From Rotaria socialis (taxonomy: Eukaryota): a DNA stretch of 64,000 nucleotides. The DNA lies in assembly GCA_905331295.1 (NCBI GenBank), contig CAJNYD010000224.1, forward strand, positions 124,001 to 188,000, read 5' to 3'. The notes below the pieces were generated by a model that was not told the DNA's origin, searched no databases, and saw only the letters and a list, made by a program, of their open reading frames with translations. Of the stretch, positions 25,478-38,179 are shown one piece after another (the stretch's first letter is position 1; every line of letters starts with the position of its first letter). Made by a program: the position numbers and the translations under genes.

Positions 25478-27453
25478 TGCAGTAATCTATTATTAATTAT
25501 TATCAATAGAAAATTATCGAGTTTGTTTTCTATAAATTTTATATTTGTAGATCAAATGGATATTAGCTTCACACCATGAATAATATACAAACATATTTAG
25601 ATCACTATAGATGCCGATATTCTCCTGCTTTTTGTGAATATCATTCTTTATTGTGTTTGTTAAGACAGTGTTTAACTTAGATTTACATTCAACTATGCGT
25701 TTAAATAAATAACTGGGAAATCTATTAATTAATATTTCATATGAAAAATTTTCAGATATACAAAGTTCAAAAATATCGTAAACAAAATTCCACTTTCAAA
25801 CTCTGAAATATAACGTTTTTTGTATTAGATTCAAAACAAGAAAAAATTTAAACTATTCTTGCAGCACTATGGATTGATTGGTTTGCAATGAAATCTTGTA
25901 TTTGATAGTATGAGTTTCACTGCTGCACTAGACTAATCTGCCTGTTACAACCATGGCTTTCAATAAAACAATCTAATTAAATTCTAGAGTTCTTTCGACT
26001 AGATACCGCAGCGGTTACTAACAAAGAAAAGTGTGTACACATATTGAAACTACTCTGAATCAATATGAACTTGAGTGTCATATGCAGACTACTGAGTAGA
26101 TGACGTTCTTTTTGCTAATTTTTCATTGACAAGGAAACAATGGTCAAAAAACGAAATAGACGAAAGACATAATTATCTATCGGATAAGTTTAGAAGCAGG
26201 CTTTAAACTATCGAAAAGTGCTAAATAAAAAGCCTATTGTTTCTTATTTGCCCTCTAAAATCTTTATTGATCAGAAGTAACTTTAGCTACATATTTCTTA
26301 ATACAAAAGACTTTCAACGACATTACTGTTGTTGTGTACTCAAGAAAAGTGAGTACACTCTAGAATAGGTCAGTGTGTCCGGCCGTTAACACTTCACTGA
26401 CACAATATTAACGGAAGATATAGCTGACATTATCATAACTGAAGATATCGTAGATAACATCCTAACTGAAGATATCATAGATAATATCCTAACTGAAGAT
26501 TTACCTGATATTAGTTTCATGGAAGATCTTATTTTCTAATGCAGTAATCTATTATTAATTATTATCAATAGAAAATTATCGAGTTTATTTTCTATATATT
26601 TTATATTTGTAGATCAAATGGATATTAGCTTCACACCAGGAATAATATACAAACATATTTAGATCACTATAGATGCCGATATTCTCCTGCTTTTTGTGAA
26701 TATCATTCTTTATTGTGTTTGTTAAGACAGTGTTTTACTTAGATTTACATTCAACTATGCGTTTAAATAAACAACTGGGAAATCTATTAATTAATATTTC
26801 ATGTGAAAAATTTTCAGATATACAAAGTTCAAAAATATCGTAAACAAAATTCCACTTTCAAACTCTGAAATATAACGTTTTTGTATTAGATTCAAAACAA
26901 GAAAAAACTTAAACTATTCTTGCAGCACTATGGATTGATTGGTTTGCAATGAAATTTTGTAATTGATAGTATGAGTTTCATTGCTGCACTAGATTAATCT
27001 GCCTGTTACAACCATGGCTTTCAATAAAACAATCTAATTAAATTCTAGAGTTCTTTCGACTAGATACCGCAACGGTTACTAACAAAGAAAAGTGTGTACA
27101 CATATTGAAACTACTCTGAATCAATATGAACTTGAGTGTCATATGCAGACTACTGAGTAGATGATGTTCTTTTTGCTAATTTTTCATTGACAAGGAAACA
27201 ATGGCCAAAAAACGAAATAGACGAAAGACATAATTATCTATCGGATAAGTTTAGAAGCAGGCTTTAAACTATCGAAAAGTACTAAATAAAAAGCCTATTG
27301 TTTCTTATTTGCCCTCTAAAATCTTTATTGATCAGAAGTAACTTTAGCTACATATTTCTTAATACAAAAGACTTTCAACGGCATTACTGTTGTTGTGTAC
27401 TCAAGAAAAGTGAGTACACTCTAGAATAGGTCAGTGTGTCCGGCCGTTAACAC
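25332..27453 (+). repeat. Direct tandem duplication of ~1.06 kb (25332-26392 and 26394-27453)
   Basis: The two copies align end to end, from TCACTGACACAATATTAACGG to GTGTCCGGCCGTTAACAC. About 20 substitutions and one 1-nt indel counted by eye. Confidence 0.96.
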
Positions 27454-27760
27454 GATAACTTTTGAAAGCCTCATCCAATTGTCATGAAATTTTGTACACA
27501 GATTGATCTCATCAATATCTCAGTCGAGTTCCAAGATGAAAGCAATCCGTCAAGAAATGGTTGGGTTATCGAAAAAATTGTCATTTTTGACCAGACCAAC
27601 CCTGAGGAGCGGTACAGGGATTTTTTTCAAAAAACAAATTTTTCTCAGAATTATTCACAACATATATAAATCGACTCGGTTTTTAACGCTGATTCCGAAT
27701 CTGATATTAGCTTTGAACTAAATCGTAGTTTTCTAACGAAACATCGCTTGAAAAACGTCT
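27390..27760. mobile_element. Probable Helitron/Helentron-associated non-autonomous element (HINE/DINE-1-like); right boundary uncertain
   Basis: Starts with the hairpin GTGTACTCA-AGAAAAG-TGAGTACAC, followed by TGTGTCCGGCCGTTAACACGATAACT and ATGAAATTTTGTACACAG, an organisation reminiscent of DINE-1/HINE cores. No TSD seen. Confidence 0.45.
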
Positions 27761-28447
27761 CAAAATGCACAAAAACTGCATCCAGAAATCAAATTGCCTA
27801 GCTTCTCATGATAATTTTCGTGTTCAGACATTCTAGAATGACTCATATGTCCCATGCACCTTTTGCAGTACACATAACTCTCGAATGGAATCCGAATTTT
27901 CCACATTTATTTTTTAATTGAATTCTGAAAAGACTTGTCTTCTTACTTGCATACTACTCTATAGTTTCAATGTGTCATTATGCACTTTGGTTTACTAACA
28001 AATAAACCTTCACCTGGCTTCATTGCATCATGAGTAGGATATTCAAATCCATTGTACTACTGGAGTCGCTTCGTCTGGACTCACTTTGCATGTCGATCCT
28101 CTAGCGCCTCCTTCATAGGATGACTGATCAGGCCCTGATTGGTCATTGCGATTATTGTCTCTATTTTCAATCTGAGTATGAAACCAAATGAAAATAAGTC
28201 AGACAGATTTTCACTACTAGTAACACTCGCCGTAACTACCGTATTAAATCGATTTCAAGTGCTTTTTTTCTTTCTTAAAATTCATTTCATTCGTATCTTC
28301 CTTTAAGAACGTTCTATTTCCAAACAGAAAAAAAAGATAAAGAAAAAGAGTGATGAATCACAGTTAAACTTGTTAAAGAATAGCAAACTACCTATAAATG
28401 CAGGTCTTTTTTTTTGTGTTTCGTTTATTTTTATTAGATAAGAAAAA

Positions 28448-31305
28448 ATGGTCGACACAAAAGACCAAGGTCCATATTATCGAATAAGTGATACAAAAAA
28501 TGCTGATTTATTACGTGAACGCCAATCAGCAACATTTGATGTTGAAGAACTTACACAATTTATGTTTGCTGGTCCAAATAATTATTTTAATGTTAATATA
28601 CGACGTCAAATTAGTAAGAGATTTTTTTCTTATTATATTAAACATATTATGTTTCTTTTCTTCAGCTCGTCAAGCCTATGCGTATCCAATCCATAAAACG
28701 CATTTGCCATTGGAATATCTCGATAGTGATGAATATTATTCTGTTGTTATTCGTAAAAGTTTCGCAGGTGTTAAAGAAGCTGAACGTTTAAATATAACAA
28801 ATAAAAAATATCGTGATTGGTTTTTAAATATTTTCTGTGGTGGAAAATTTGCTTTTCAACTACATACAAGTATGTTTATTCATACACTTGAAACATTGGC
28901 TAGTGATGAACAAAAAGAAAAATTTTTACCACTGGCACGTTCATTTCAAATAATCGGTACCTATGCTCAAACAGAATTAGGTCATGGCTCAAATTTACAA
29001 CGGCTTGAAACGGAAGCTGTTTTCGATCGTACAACCGATTCATTTATACTTAATATGCCAACATTGACTGCCACAAAATTTTGGCCTGGTGCATTAGGTC
29101 GATCATCAAACTATGTTTTACTTATGGCACAATTATATGCACCAGATCGACATCATCCATGTGGTTTACAAATGTTTTTTGTTCAAATACGAGATTTAAA
29201 AACACATCAACCATTACCAGGTAAAATTGCATGCAGTGTTTGGTTAGATTACTCAGAGTTGTTTTTAGGAGTGGAAGTCGGAGAAATTAGTACTCGATTT
29301 TTTCACGAAGCTGGTGACAATGGATATCTTCGCTTAACTAATGTACGCATTCCACGAAACCAAATGCTGACGAAATTAGCTTATGTATGTATTTTACAGT
29401 TAGAATAAAAAACTTAAAAATTAAATTTTTTAAAATTTATTCAGGTAGATGAACAAGGTACTTTTCATCGTCTTGCTGATCCTCGTCTACTTTACGGAGC
29501 AATGCTTGCAACACGTGTTAACCTTTGTGCATTTTTTGCACTTTTACTTGCACGTGCTGTTACAATTGCTGTACGCTACTCAGCTGTTCGACGTCAAGGT
29601 CAAACTCCAAGCGGGTAACTTTTAAAAGTGTTTTATTTCGCTTTATTTCAATGCGTTTTTTAAAGAAAGGAAACACTTATTCTTGATTATCCATTACAAC
29701 AAGATAAATTGGTACCATGTATAGCTTCAACTTACGCATTTTTTTATTCGTTTATGAAACTGGAAAACCTACGCGCACAAATTTTAGACGGAGATACTAT
29801 CTTATTCGATCGACTAGCGGAGGTAATAATTATAATTCTCTGTTTTTCTTTCTATGAATAATAAGAGTGGAAAGTTAATATTACCGGATAAAAGAAAATG
29901 AATGGTTTTGATTCTTTCATTGAATACGTGTTATTAGAGGAAATTAATGACTTTAGTATAAAGTCTGTAATCAAATTTGATAAGAGGTTATAAGGTTTCT
30001 CAAACAGGCGTTTCTTTTTCGATAGAAAAAAAACTCTAGCATATTTTCTTTCATTCGGTATCTGTTATCTTTCCATAATCGATTCATAAAAAATGCATTG
30101 ATTTTTCTTCTTAAGCTTCATGCTGTATCATCTGGTTTAAAAGCATATTCATCAGGAATAGCTGAACGATTCAGTCAAATATGTCGTGTGGCTTGTGGCG
30201 GTCATGGATATTTAGTAGCTAGTGGAATAAAACCTGTTAATAATATGCTTGATGCAGGATGCACTTATGAAGGTGATAATGCTGTTTTATTTCAACAAAC
30301 AGCGAGGTAATCGATTTTGAATTACTAGAAAGTAGTTCACAATCTTATCTCTATGAATAGATTTCTTGTCAAAGCAATTCAAAAAGACGATGATGAAATG
30401 AATATTGACTCATCGATTGCTTATTTATTTTCAACAAAACCAGCTCCAGCAGCGATTGTTGATCTTGATGATTACTGTCGCTTATTTGAATGTCGGTCAC
30501 AAATGTTAGTTATTATTTTAAGAATATGAATTTTATTTTTGTATTTCAAAAATAAATAAATCGTCTAGGCTTTTAAAATCAATTTCTAATCGATTAATGG
30601 AATCATCGTCACCATCATCAACACCGCATGATATATTTGTAAAAAATTCCATCGAGCTCGTTCATGTGGCTAAAGTATGTTTTGATGACAAACACGAATT
30701 GATTTTTGTACTCGTTCTCTATTGAACTATTTAGGCTTATATTGAAACATTCGTTTTACGAGCATTATATGATGGTGTACGTAAAGCATTGGGACATAAT
30801 TCGTTAGCTTTAGTTTTTGAACAGCTTTTTCATGTGTTTGCTATTCATACTTTAAGAAATCAAGCAGCCGATTTTATTCGAGTAAATTGATGAAATAGAA
30901 AATCTAAGTAACGAAAAATATACTATTGTATTTTCTTTTCAGTTAAAATTACTTACAGCTGAACAAGTTTATCAATTAGAAACTTACAGTTTACCGGACA
31001 TGTACAATCGTCTTCGACCAAATCTTGTTACACTCGTTGATGGTTTTGATTTTCATGATAATGAACTTAGTAAGTAGTTTTTCTTTTCCCTATGATTAAC
31101 ATTTATTTATGCAAAAAAACTAGATTCCTGCCTTGGTCGATATGATGGTCAAGTATATGAAGCACTAATGGAACGAGCACGACTTAATCCAACCAATCAG
31201 CATAAAGTAAAAAATAGATAGATGAAAATCAGATTTAATCTTCTTTTTGCATAGGTTCATCCTATTTGGACATCAATTAGACAAAATCCAACGTCGAAAC
31301 TCTAA
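28448..31305 (+). CDS. ACOX: Peroxisomal acyl-CoA oxidase, 12 exons, ~670 aa
   Basis: Exons 28448-28613, 28666-29220, 29269-29384, 29445-29614, 29666-29822, 30116-30306, 30361-30504, 30569-30674, 30735-30881, 30943-31069, 31124-31206, 31255-31305 (2013 nt, in frame). Motifs YAQTELGHGSN, KFWPGALG, DNGYL, TIAVRYSAVRRQ, CGGHGY, CTYEGDN (catalytic Glu), LGRYDGQVYE; C-terminal PTS1 SKL. Confidence 0.96.
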
Positions 31306-32178
31306 GATTTGAAATTTGTCTGTCATAAAAAAACGAATTGTGATTTTTACTTCTTTAATTTTAGGTTCTAGATTAATAAAGAACATGATGCATCGATTTC
31401 GAGAAATTGAATTTGAAAATTTTCGAAAATTCTCAAAAGAGATATCAGTAAAAGAAATCAATACACAACGAGTAAAAGATTCGAGAGCTCTTTACACTTT
31501 CTTTTCCTATATCGATGTTTAAAATGAGCATTTATAAGTAATCTACTGTAAGATACAGATCGTAGAAGTACCTAATTTTATATAGAAAATGATTAACATG
31601 AATTTACTAGAATGGAATATGTTCCTTTTTTTATTTCTCAACGAAAAAACTTTCAATATTGCATATTTATTTAAGTTACTGCCAGTATTCTGCAACAGGA
31701 AGTCTTCCACAAGATAGCCAATTATGGAACTACCACTAATATAGTACATATTACAGCGAGTAATTTATTTTTGGAATTTAGTCATTTGAAATAGCGCTAG
31801 TTTATTTGTTTTGCATTCATCTTTTAATGGACAATATTACGTTTGCAATATTTTTTTGTTGAAATTACAATTAGTGATTTCTACAATTCTCCTTCAATGA
31901 TTTGAAGTATAAGTGTTAAAAATTATTTCTATGAGAATAGATATTTTATGGTGTTTTTGCATATGAAGCTCTCGAATATTTCAACTAGTAAATATTTTAC
32001 TTTCTATTTTGAAATACTTTTACTTACTGTGTTGAAGTATAATATCTCGAATCAGTAATGAGATAGATGCATGGTAGTTTAGTATAAAAGACTTTTTTTT
32101 ACGTATATTACTTTTATTCATCAATGTTCATATTAGTTACAATCATACTTCACAAACTTCAAGATATTGACTAGAAAA

Positions 32179-32560
32179 CAAGGGGAAAAGGCGGATTTTT
32201 GGGATTTTGAAAATCGCATAAATTAAAAAGCATTTTCCGCTCTGTGAATGACGTAGTTTCGACTTGAAATTCTTCCCATATATAGGTTTCATGGTCCATA
32301 AAAGATCGTAAAAGTTTCAACTCGAACAAATGTTTCCTTCTTAAAATACTGAATTTCAAAAAAATTGGATTTTCTGACCGTGCCCGTGAAATGAGTATTT
32401 TTTGCGCATTCATTATCTTGAGAAGAAAACATTTGTTTATGCTGAAAATTTTAGAATATTCTAAGCATCATGAGACTAACGTATGGGGAAAAATTCACAT
32501 GGAAATTCCATCATTCACATTTTGGATTTTGAAAATCTCAAATCCGCCTTTCCCCCCTTG
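32179..32560. mobile_element. MITE with 8-bp TSD (hAT or P superfamily)
   Basis: TIRs CAAGGGGAAAAGGCGGATTT ... AAATCCGCCTTTCCCCCCTTG and perfect TSD CTAGAAAA (32171-32178, 32561-32568). Confidence 0.9.
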
Positions 32561-34983
32561 CTAGAAAATGCAATAATATAGAAATGATTAGATAAAGTTG
32601 ATCTAAACCCTTATTCTCCATTAAGATTATTGTGTTTGTTCTATAGCTTGTCAAGAGAAGTTCTAATATAGCTGATAGAAGCCTAACTTTATCATTGACA
32701 AGCAACCATGTTGGCATTGATCGAATCAATTTTGTTTTACATATGTAGGTTATATAATGATATTTTCAACAGAACTCTAGCTTGAGAAAAGTTCTACTAT
32801 ATAAACTCTCTCTTTTAAAAACCATACAATTTTAATTCTGATTGTTCCTTAATCAAATGTCTCTATAATCACTATTTCAGCTCTTAAAACGTTGACATTT
32901 TTTTGAAAAAGCATTTTGCTAGATTACATATTATTGTTAAAAAGTTCAAATCAAATAAGTGCATTTGAAATGAAATATGGAATATCATAAAACGATCAGA
33001 TGCTAAATTTATCTCTGCAATGAACATTGTTAGATAGTTACGTTTACCTAACTCTTTATTTCTTCAAACCAACACCAACTCGAATCCCTTTTACAACTTC
33101 AACAACTCCTTTTCTCCTCTCCATACATGTGTTAAACCAATTAGTCAGTCTCATGACCAATAGAGATAACAGAAAGAAGATAATAGGCAGTGGTCAAAGA
33201 TAGCGCCACCACCTAACAAACATCTAAATAAAAGTAGTATCTCGAAGATAGAACACGTGTTTTTTTCTGAACAACTGACGAATGTATTCATTAATTAACT
33301 GCCACTGAAACGAACGCCATCGCAAGCTATATCTATCATCATTGCTTGGCTTGTTTCTTTACAATTAGCCCATGAGTGATGCGTATTGAGACGTATGAAA
33401 TAGGAAACGCGATGTTCATCATGAGTCAATACGAACATTTTCATCTTACGAAACACTCTTTTAAGATGTTCTTCTTCGATTGCATGATTACGATATTATT
33501 CTACTGCATAGATGAATTCTATAAGATTTCTAAAAAGAAAACAAACAAGTGTTTCATGTTTCCGTAGATAATAGAAAGGTTTAGACATTTACATTATGAA
33601 ACGTTTATTTTTACGATGAAAATTTGATGAGAATTGCATTAATAGTTGTATTTTAGTGTTTGATGACTGAAAATTTATACGTATACACGTTTTAAAACTT
33701 GATAGAGGCTGTGATTTAAATGATCATATATTTATATTATCCAGGAAAACACAATGAAGTTTGCTTCCTAAAGAAAAAATGAAAACCTACATATCATATT
33801 CAAATCTAAATTGTTTTCGAGTCTCATGCAATCAAATCAAATTCAATAAAAAAAATGATTTACTGCCGGAAATCGTATTCCCCAATGGACATGTACTTTG
33901 CGCTATAATTTTACTATGATAAATAGCCTGAATTTTAAAGCTTATCAAATTTATATTATGATATTTAGTTCCAAAATTATTAAAAATACTAGCCACAAGA
34001 TTTTCAAAAAATGAATTCTTCGCTATTTTATTCTAACATCTAATCATAGAATCTTTGGAAGTTCTCCGATTCTTCATGGAATAAGCTAATAGCTATTGAC
34101 GGGTCGGCTTCCTTCATGACTTCTATGAAAAAAAATCAGAATTTATTGCATCCTTATCGAAACCAACATGGGAAAAGAATTAGAATAGTTCTTTCGCATC
34201 CTCTATTTAATAAAAGAATGCTCGCGAAGTGTTAACAAGTAATATTAATAATAGAACATCATGTGCACTAACACATTCCGAAAAAGTTTCATGTTGACAA
34301 TACACGTTGAAAAGAAATTGCAAATATTACATTTAGTATTCTCACTATTTCTTTCATTGTAATTCTAGAATTTCATATTAGATAGCTTTCATCAATAATT
34401 TCAGAGAATAAAATACACATGAATGGAATTGAAAATACAAAAGAAAACGCTAAGACACAACCAACAAATAAAACATCTATGCTATAATTTTATTTCGTTT
34501 TACAAAAGAAAGTAAATTAAAAGATCAGTCTAATCGAATTTTTTTGTTGATCATCATCCAACAGATAAATATAAGGATCATGTGTATTCATCCGAAGCTA
34601 TTTGTATTCTTCTGTAAATTGAGTTGTCTTATGTTTTATTATAGAAAAATAAGGCTAACTTTTCAATATTTTATAGTTTTTTTGGAAAATTTCCACCTCT
34701 GGTGAGTTCTATTTCGATGAATGACAAAGATAGAAATTGTAATGTACCGGAATCAGCAGACATTCACTCAAATGCTTTCAAGTTCCTTTGTAATTTGATT
34801 TAATTATGTAGTTGTGTAGCAGCTGTTATTATTTTTGCATTTTAGTCGTAAAAAATCATCCGACGATATTTCAAAAATATTGAATACTATTTATTTTTCT
34901 TGACGTCTTTGTTTCTCAACGTTGTACTATATAACCATCCTTAATAATGAAAACAGAACCATTGATGTTTTCTCTTAAGATTT

Positions 34984-35466
34984 TTATTTAAATAAAATTC
35001 TTTTAAAAACATTATTATTCATTACACTTAAATAAACAAATGGGGTTAAAATAACCGATAGTTTAGCAACAAAAGCGCTTAACGTGATTAAAAAAGCATG
35101 TTGAAAAATAAATTTTATATTCAATAATTGTAAGACTGCTATTATTGAATAAGGCGTCCATGCTATTAGATAACTACTAACAAGAAATACAATAGCTCGT
35201 AAAAATCTATAATCAATTCGAAATCGTTTTCGATCACTAGCTTCCGTTGCATAATATTTATTTACATAGTTTTTTCTCATTGAAGATCTATGATTGATAT
35301 GCGATCTAAATGGTGAATTCAAGATATTCTTTGAATAAACATTTCGAATAATTTCATGAGCTTGAAGATTGACAAAAGGAAGAATGGCTAATGGAAGAAA
35401 ACGAACGAGAATCAACGTTAATAGTATATCCAAATGACCTATATTGGATTGATCTTGCCAATTAAG
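34984..35466 (-). CDS. Opsin-like GPCR, 3' part only (end of ECL2, TM5-TM7); 5' exons not found, possibly a pseudogene
   Basis: LNWQDQS...LVRFLPLAIL (TM5), YLIAWTPYSIIAVL (TM6) and SAFVAKLSVILTPFVY (TM7, Lys at the retinal-binding position, NPxxY altered to TPFVY). Confidence 0.75.
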   Translation of the reverse strand, partial: LNWQDQSNIGHLDILLTLILVRFLPLAILPFVNLQAHEIIRNVYSKNILNSPFRSHINHRSSMRKNYVNKYYATEASDRKRFRIDYRFLRAIVFLVSSYLIAWTPYSIIAVLQLLNIKFIFQHAFLITLSAFVAKLSVILTPFVYLSVMNNNVFKRILFK

Positions 35467-36455
35467 ATTATCTTGAATTTGGTCGAATGTAAAAATGTCG
35501 AAACTGAGGTGATACTGCCATACATTTTTTCCTTTGTGAAAATGAATCAGCCAGTAGACTAATTAAAACAAAACGGTTATATTAAAAGAAGACTAAAAGA
35601 CAGTCTAAAACGTTTTTGAAAACGATTGTTAACCTAGGTCGACTAAGCCGACGGCGGATTCTGGGTTTCGGAACTATTGACGGATCCGACGGAAAAATTA
35701 AAAAAAATATCAAAATTCTATTTAGTGCAAAAAAACGCTTTAGAGGTTGACTATAGTAGGTTTGTTTGGTGTATTGTATCCCAGAGTAGGATACGATCGG
35801 ATAGTATCGGATCCGAAGCCCGGAATCCGACGGAATCTGTTGATTCTTGTCGATTTTCATGTAAGATCTGATGCAACCCGATTTCAGATCCGATTGTAGG
35901 AATGAACGACCTGGGAATCCATCTTTAAATAGTACTCAATCTGCTTGATTAAAACTTCTTTTTTACCACAATTAAAGACAAACTTTTAAGGAGTTCACAT
36001 ACTGTAATGAGATAGTTGCTATATATATATATATATATATATATCATACAAAGTGTTTATTTGCCTTTTTAATCCTGTCGTTCTTGTATCTTTCGGCTTC
36101 GATGCACCAGATGGTCATTCAAGTGTAAACTTTATTTATTCGAACTAATGAAATATCTATCATCGTTGATGATAGATATTGAGTCAGAGGGAGCTATCAC
36201 TTTTATTTTGTTTCTCGAATAATGAATGATTGAAGATTCTTCTTTGCCCATTTCTTTGCGCTGAATGAACAATATTGTGATAGACGGATAATAAATTTAC
36301 AATAACATAAATTTATATTTGTCGTGAAATAATGACATCTTCATCACACACTTTTCCAAACAGTCTTTATTTAAACTGCCCTTTTTTTACAACAAAGTTT
36401 TATTTCAATGTTCGTATTTTCGACATTCTTGCTTTCGACCAAATTCAAGTTTACC
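35466..36455. mobile_element. Inverted-repeat-bounded insertion abutting the opsin-like exon
   Basis: 32-bp inverted repeat with 3 mismatches: CTTGAATTTGGTCGAATGTAAAAATGTCGAAA (35472-35503) versus 36418-36449. No convincing TSD. Confidence 0.55.
35633..35915. mobile_element. MITE with CC(C/T)AGGTCG termini
   Basis: Termini CCTAGGTCG / CGACCTGGG, 2-bp TSD AA, internal TCGGA/TCCGA repeats. Same terminal motif as 10371-10620. Confidence 0.75.
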
Positions 36456-38179
36456 AAACTGATGCAATTCAGGATCAAATGAGAATTAAACTAATGAATT
36501 GAACATGAACAATAGCAAAATTTACATTTGTCTCGACAAATTTTAATTTTTAGAACTTTGGAATCCGTCTTAAAATTATTGCTCCTCAATTTCCTGTAAA
36601 TTTTCAATCAAAGAACGACCTACTATTGTTTCTTTGACATGCAATTCCTCCGAGCTATCTGATTCTAGGATCAGACAAATCTGTTGTCATATATAAAGAA
36701 TTGTGCGTGGTCAGGTCAGGTCACTATGACACTGAGTAATTTCTAGAGACAACATTGAAAATCAGTCAAATTTACATTTATGCAGATAATGATATTCGCA
36801 CGCAGTACATTGTTCTAACTATGACAATTCGTTGTAATATACTATTTACTTCTAGTTAAATTAATGTAAGTGAGCAGAAACGATTAAGTTCTAAGGTACT
36901 CTATGAAAATATCAGAATGTTCTAAAACCACAAATTTTAAGTCAGGATATTATTATTCTTTAGAAACGATGTTCTTCTCTTGCACGACAACCAGCAATGT
37001 GAGAATTAATGAAGTATAACTCAACGGTACAGTTTTCTTTAGACTATAAAGTAATCAAAAACGTCTTAGATAAGTCATCGTGTAGCGTATAAAACTAAAC
37101 AAATTGTTTTTTCCCCTGTTAGGAGCACAGTCGTTAACCAGAAGTTTGGATTTGAAATTCGAAGGTCAATTGGTAGAACGACGGCTCATTCTTTTGAAGA
37201 TAAGTACAAATTGTTATAAGTAAAATCGCTGAAAATTAATCAGAAATACAAATGTTGTCGTTGTTTTTATCATATTTAACTAGTGCGCATTTGTTCATTC
37301 TAATTACTACTTTCGTTTTTTCTTTTTTCAATCGATGATGAGTTACTTAATGAAGGTCTAAAGAATTTCAATTATCTAATCGACCAAAATGAATATAACG
37401 TGTTGAAAAGAGCATAGACTTGACATTCAAAATTAGCTTCAAATTATTTTCTTGTAACTAATGTAATAGATTTTGATTCGTTGATATGACCTTTGTAATA
37501 ATTACATATTTTGTATTCTAGGCTTTCTTTTTCATATGAATAAACCTCAGACATACAGCCTATTTGCATGACTAAATAGCCATATCTTGGTTTGAACAAT
37601 ATATATTTTTATACGAAAACATTTTGATTCTGTCTTTATCAAAATAGAAAAATAGCGTAAAACGTCTCATAGGATCAACATACAACCATTTTGTAAGATT
37701 AACTACTATGAATAGTGTCAAAAGTTTCAGGTTATTATCTTATATTTACATTCATTTGGAATGGTGGAGACATGAATGTTCACCAAATCAATCTTTAATA
37801 CAAACTATCTCTTGAAGTAATGCTAGAAACTTCAATTTCTAAAGATCTTTGTTAAGAATTTTTTATAATTCAAAAATAGAGATTGAATGTCGATTAGAAA
37901 CATTTTTTTCTTGAATAACTAAGCTGACGATTACATTTGATAATATGTAAATCTAATATTGGTAGATTGCATTATCGTAAAACAAAACAAATATAGCATG
38001 TTGAATATCAAATATCTGTTTAAAATAAATAATACTTGGCATATTTGTTTCACTTGTATTGATACTTCTATCGATCACCCGATGAGAACAAACACCGTCT
38101 GTGCTTGGCTAGTCGTACAGAATTTATTATTATTATATTCTTTATTCTAAGTATACTTTTCTTTTAAAAATAAAAAAAA

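Noticed and set aside
27484..27721. Two overlapping short ORFs (61 and 72 aa)
   Set aside because: They lie inside a probable non-autonomous repeat and have no domain or splice support.
29221..29268. Apparent 16-aa insertion in ACOX within the long ORF
   Set aside because: It is a 48-nt in-frame GT-AG intron; removing it restores PLPGVEVGEI.
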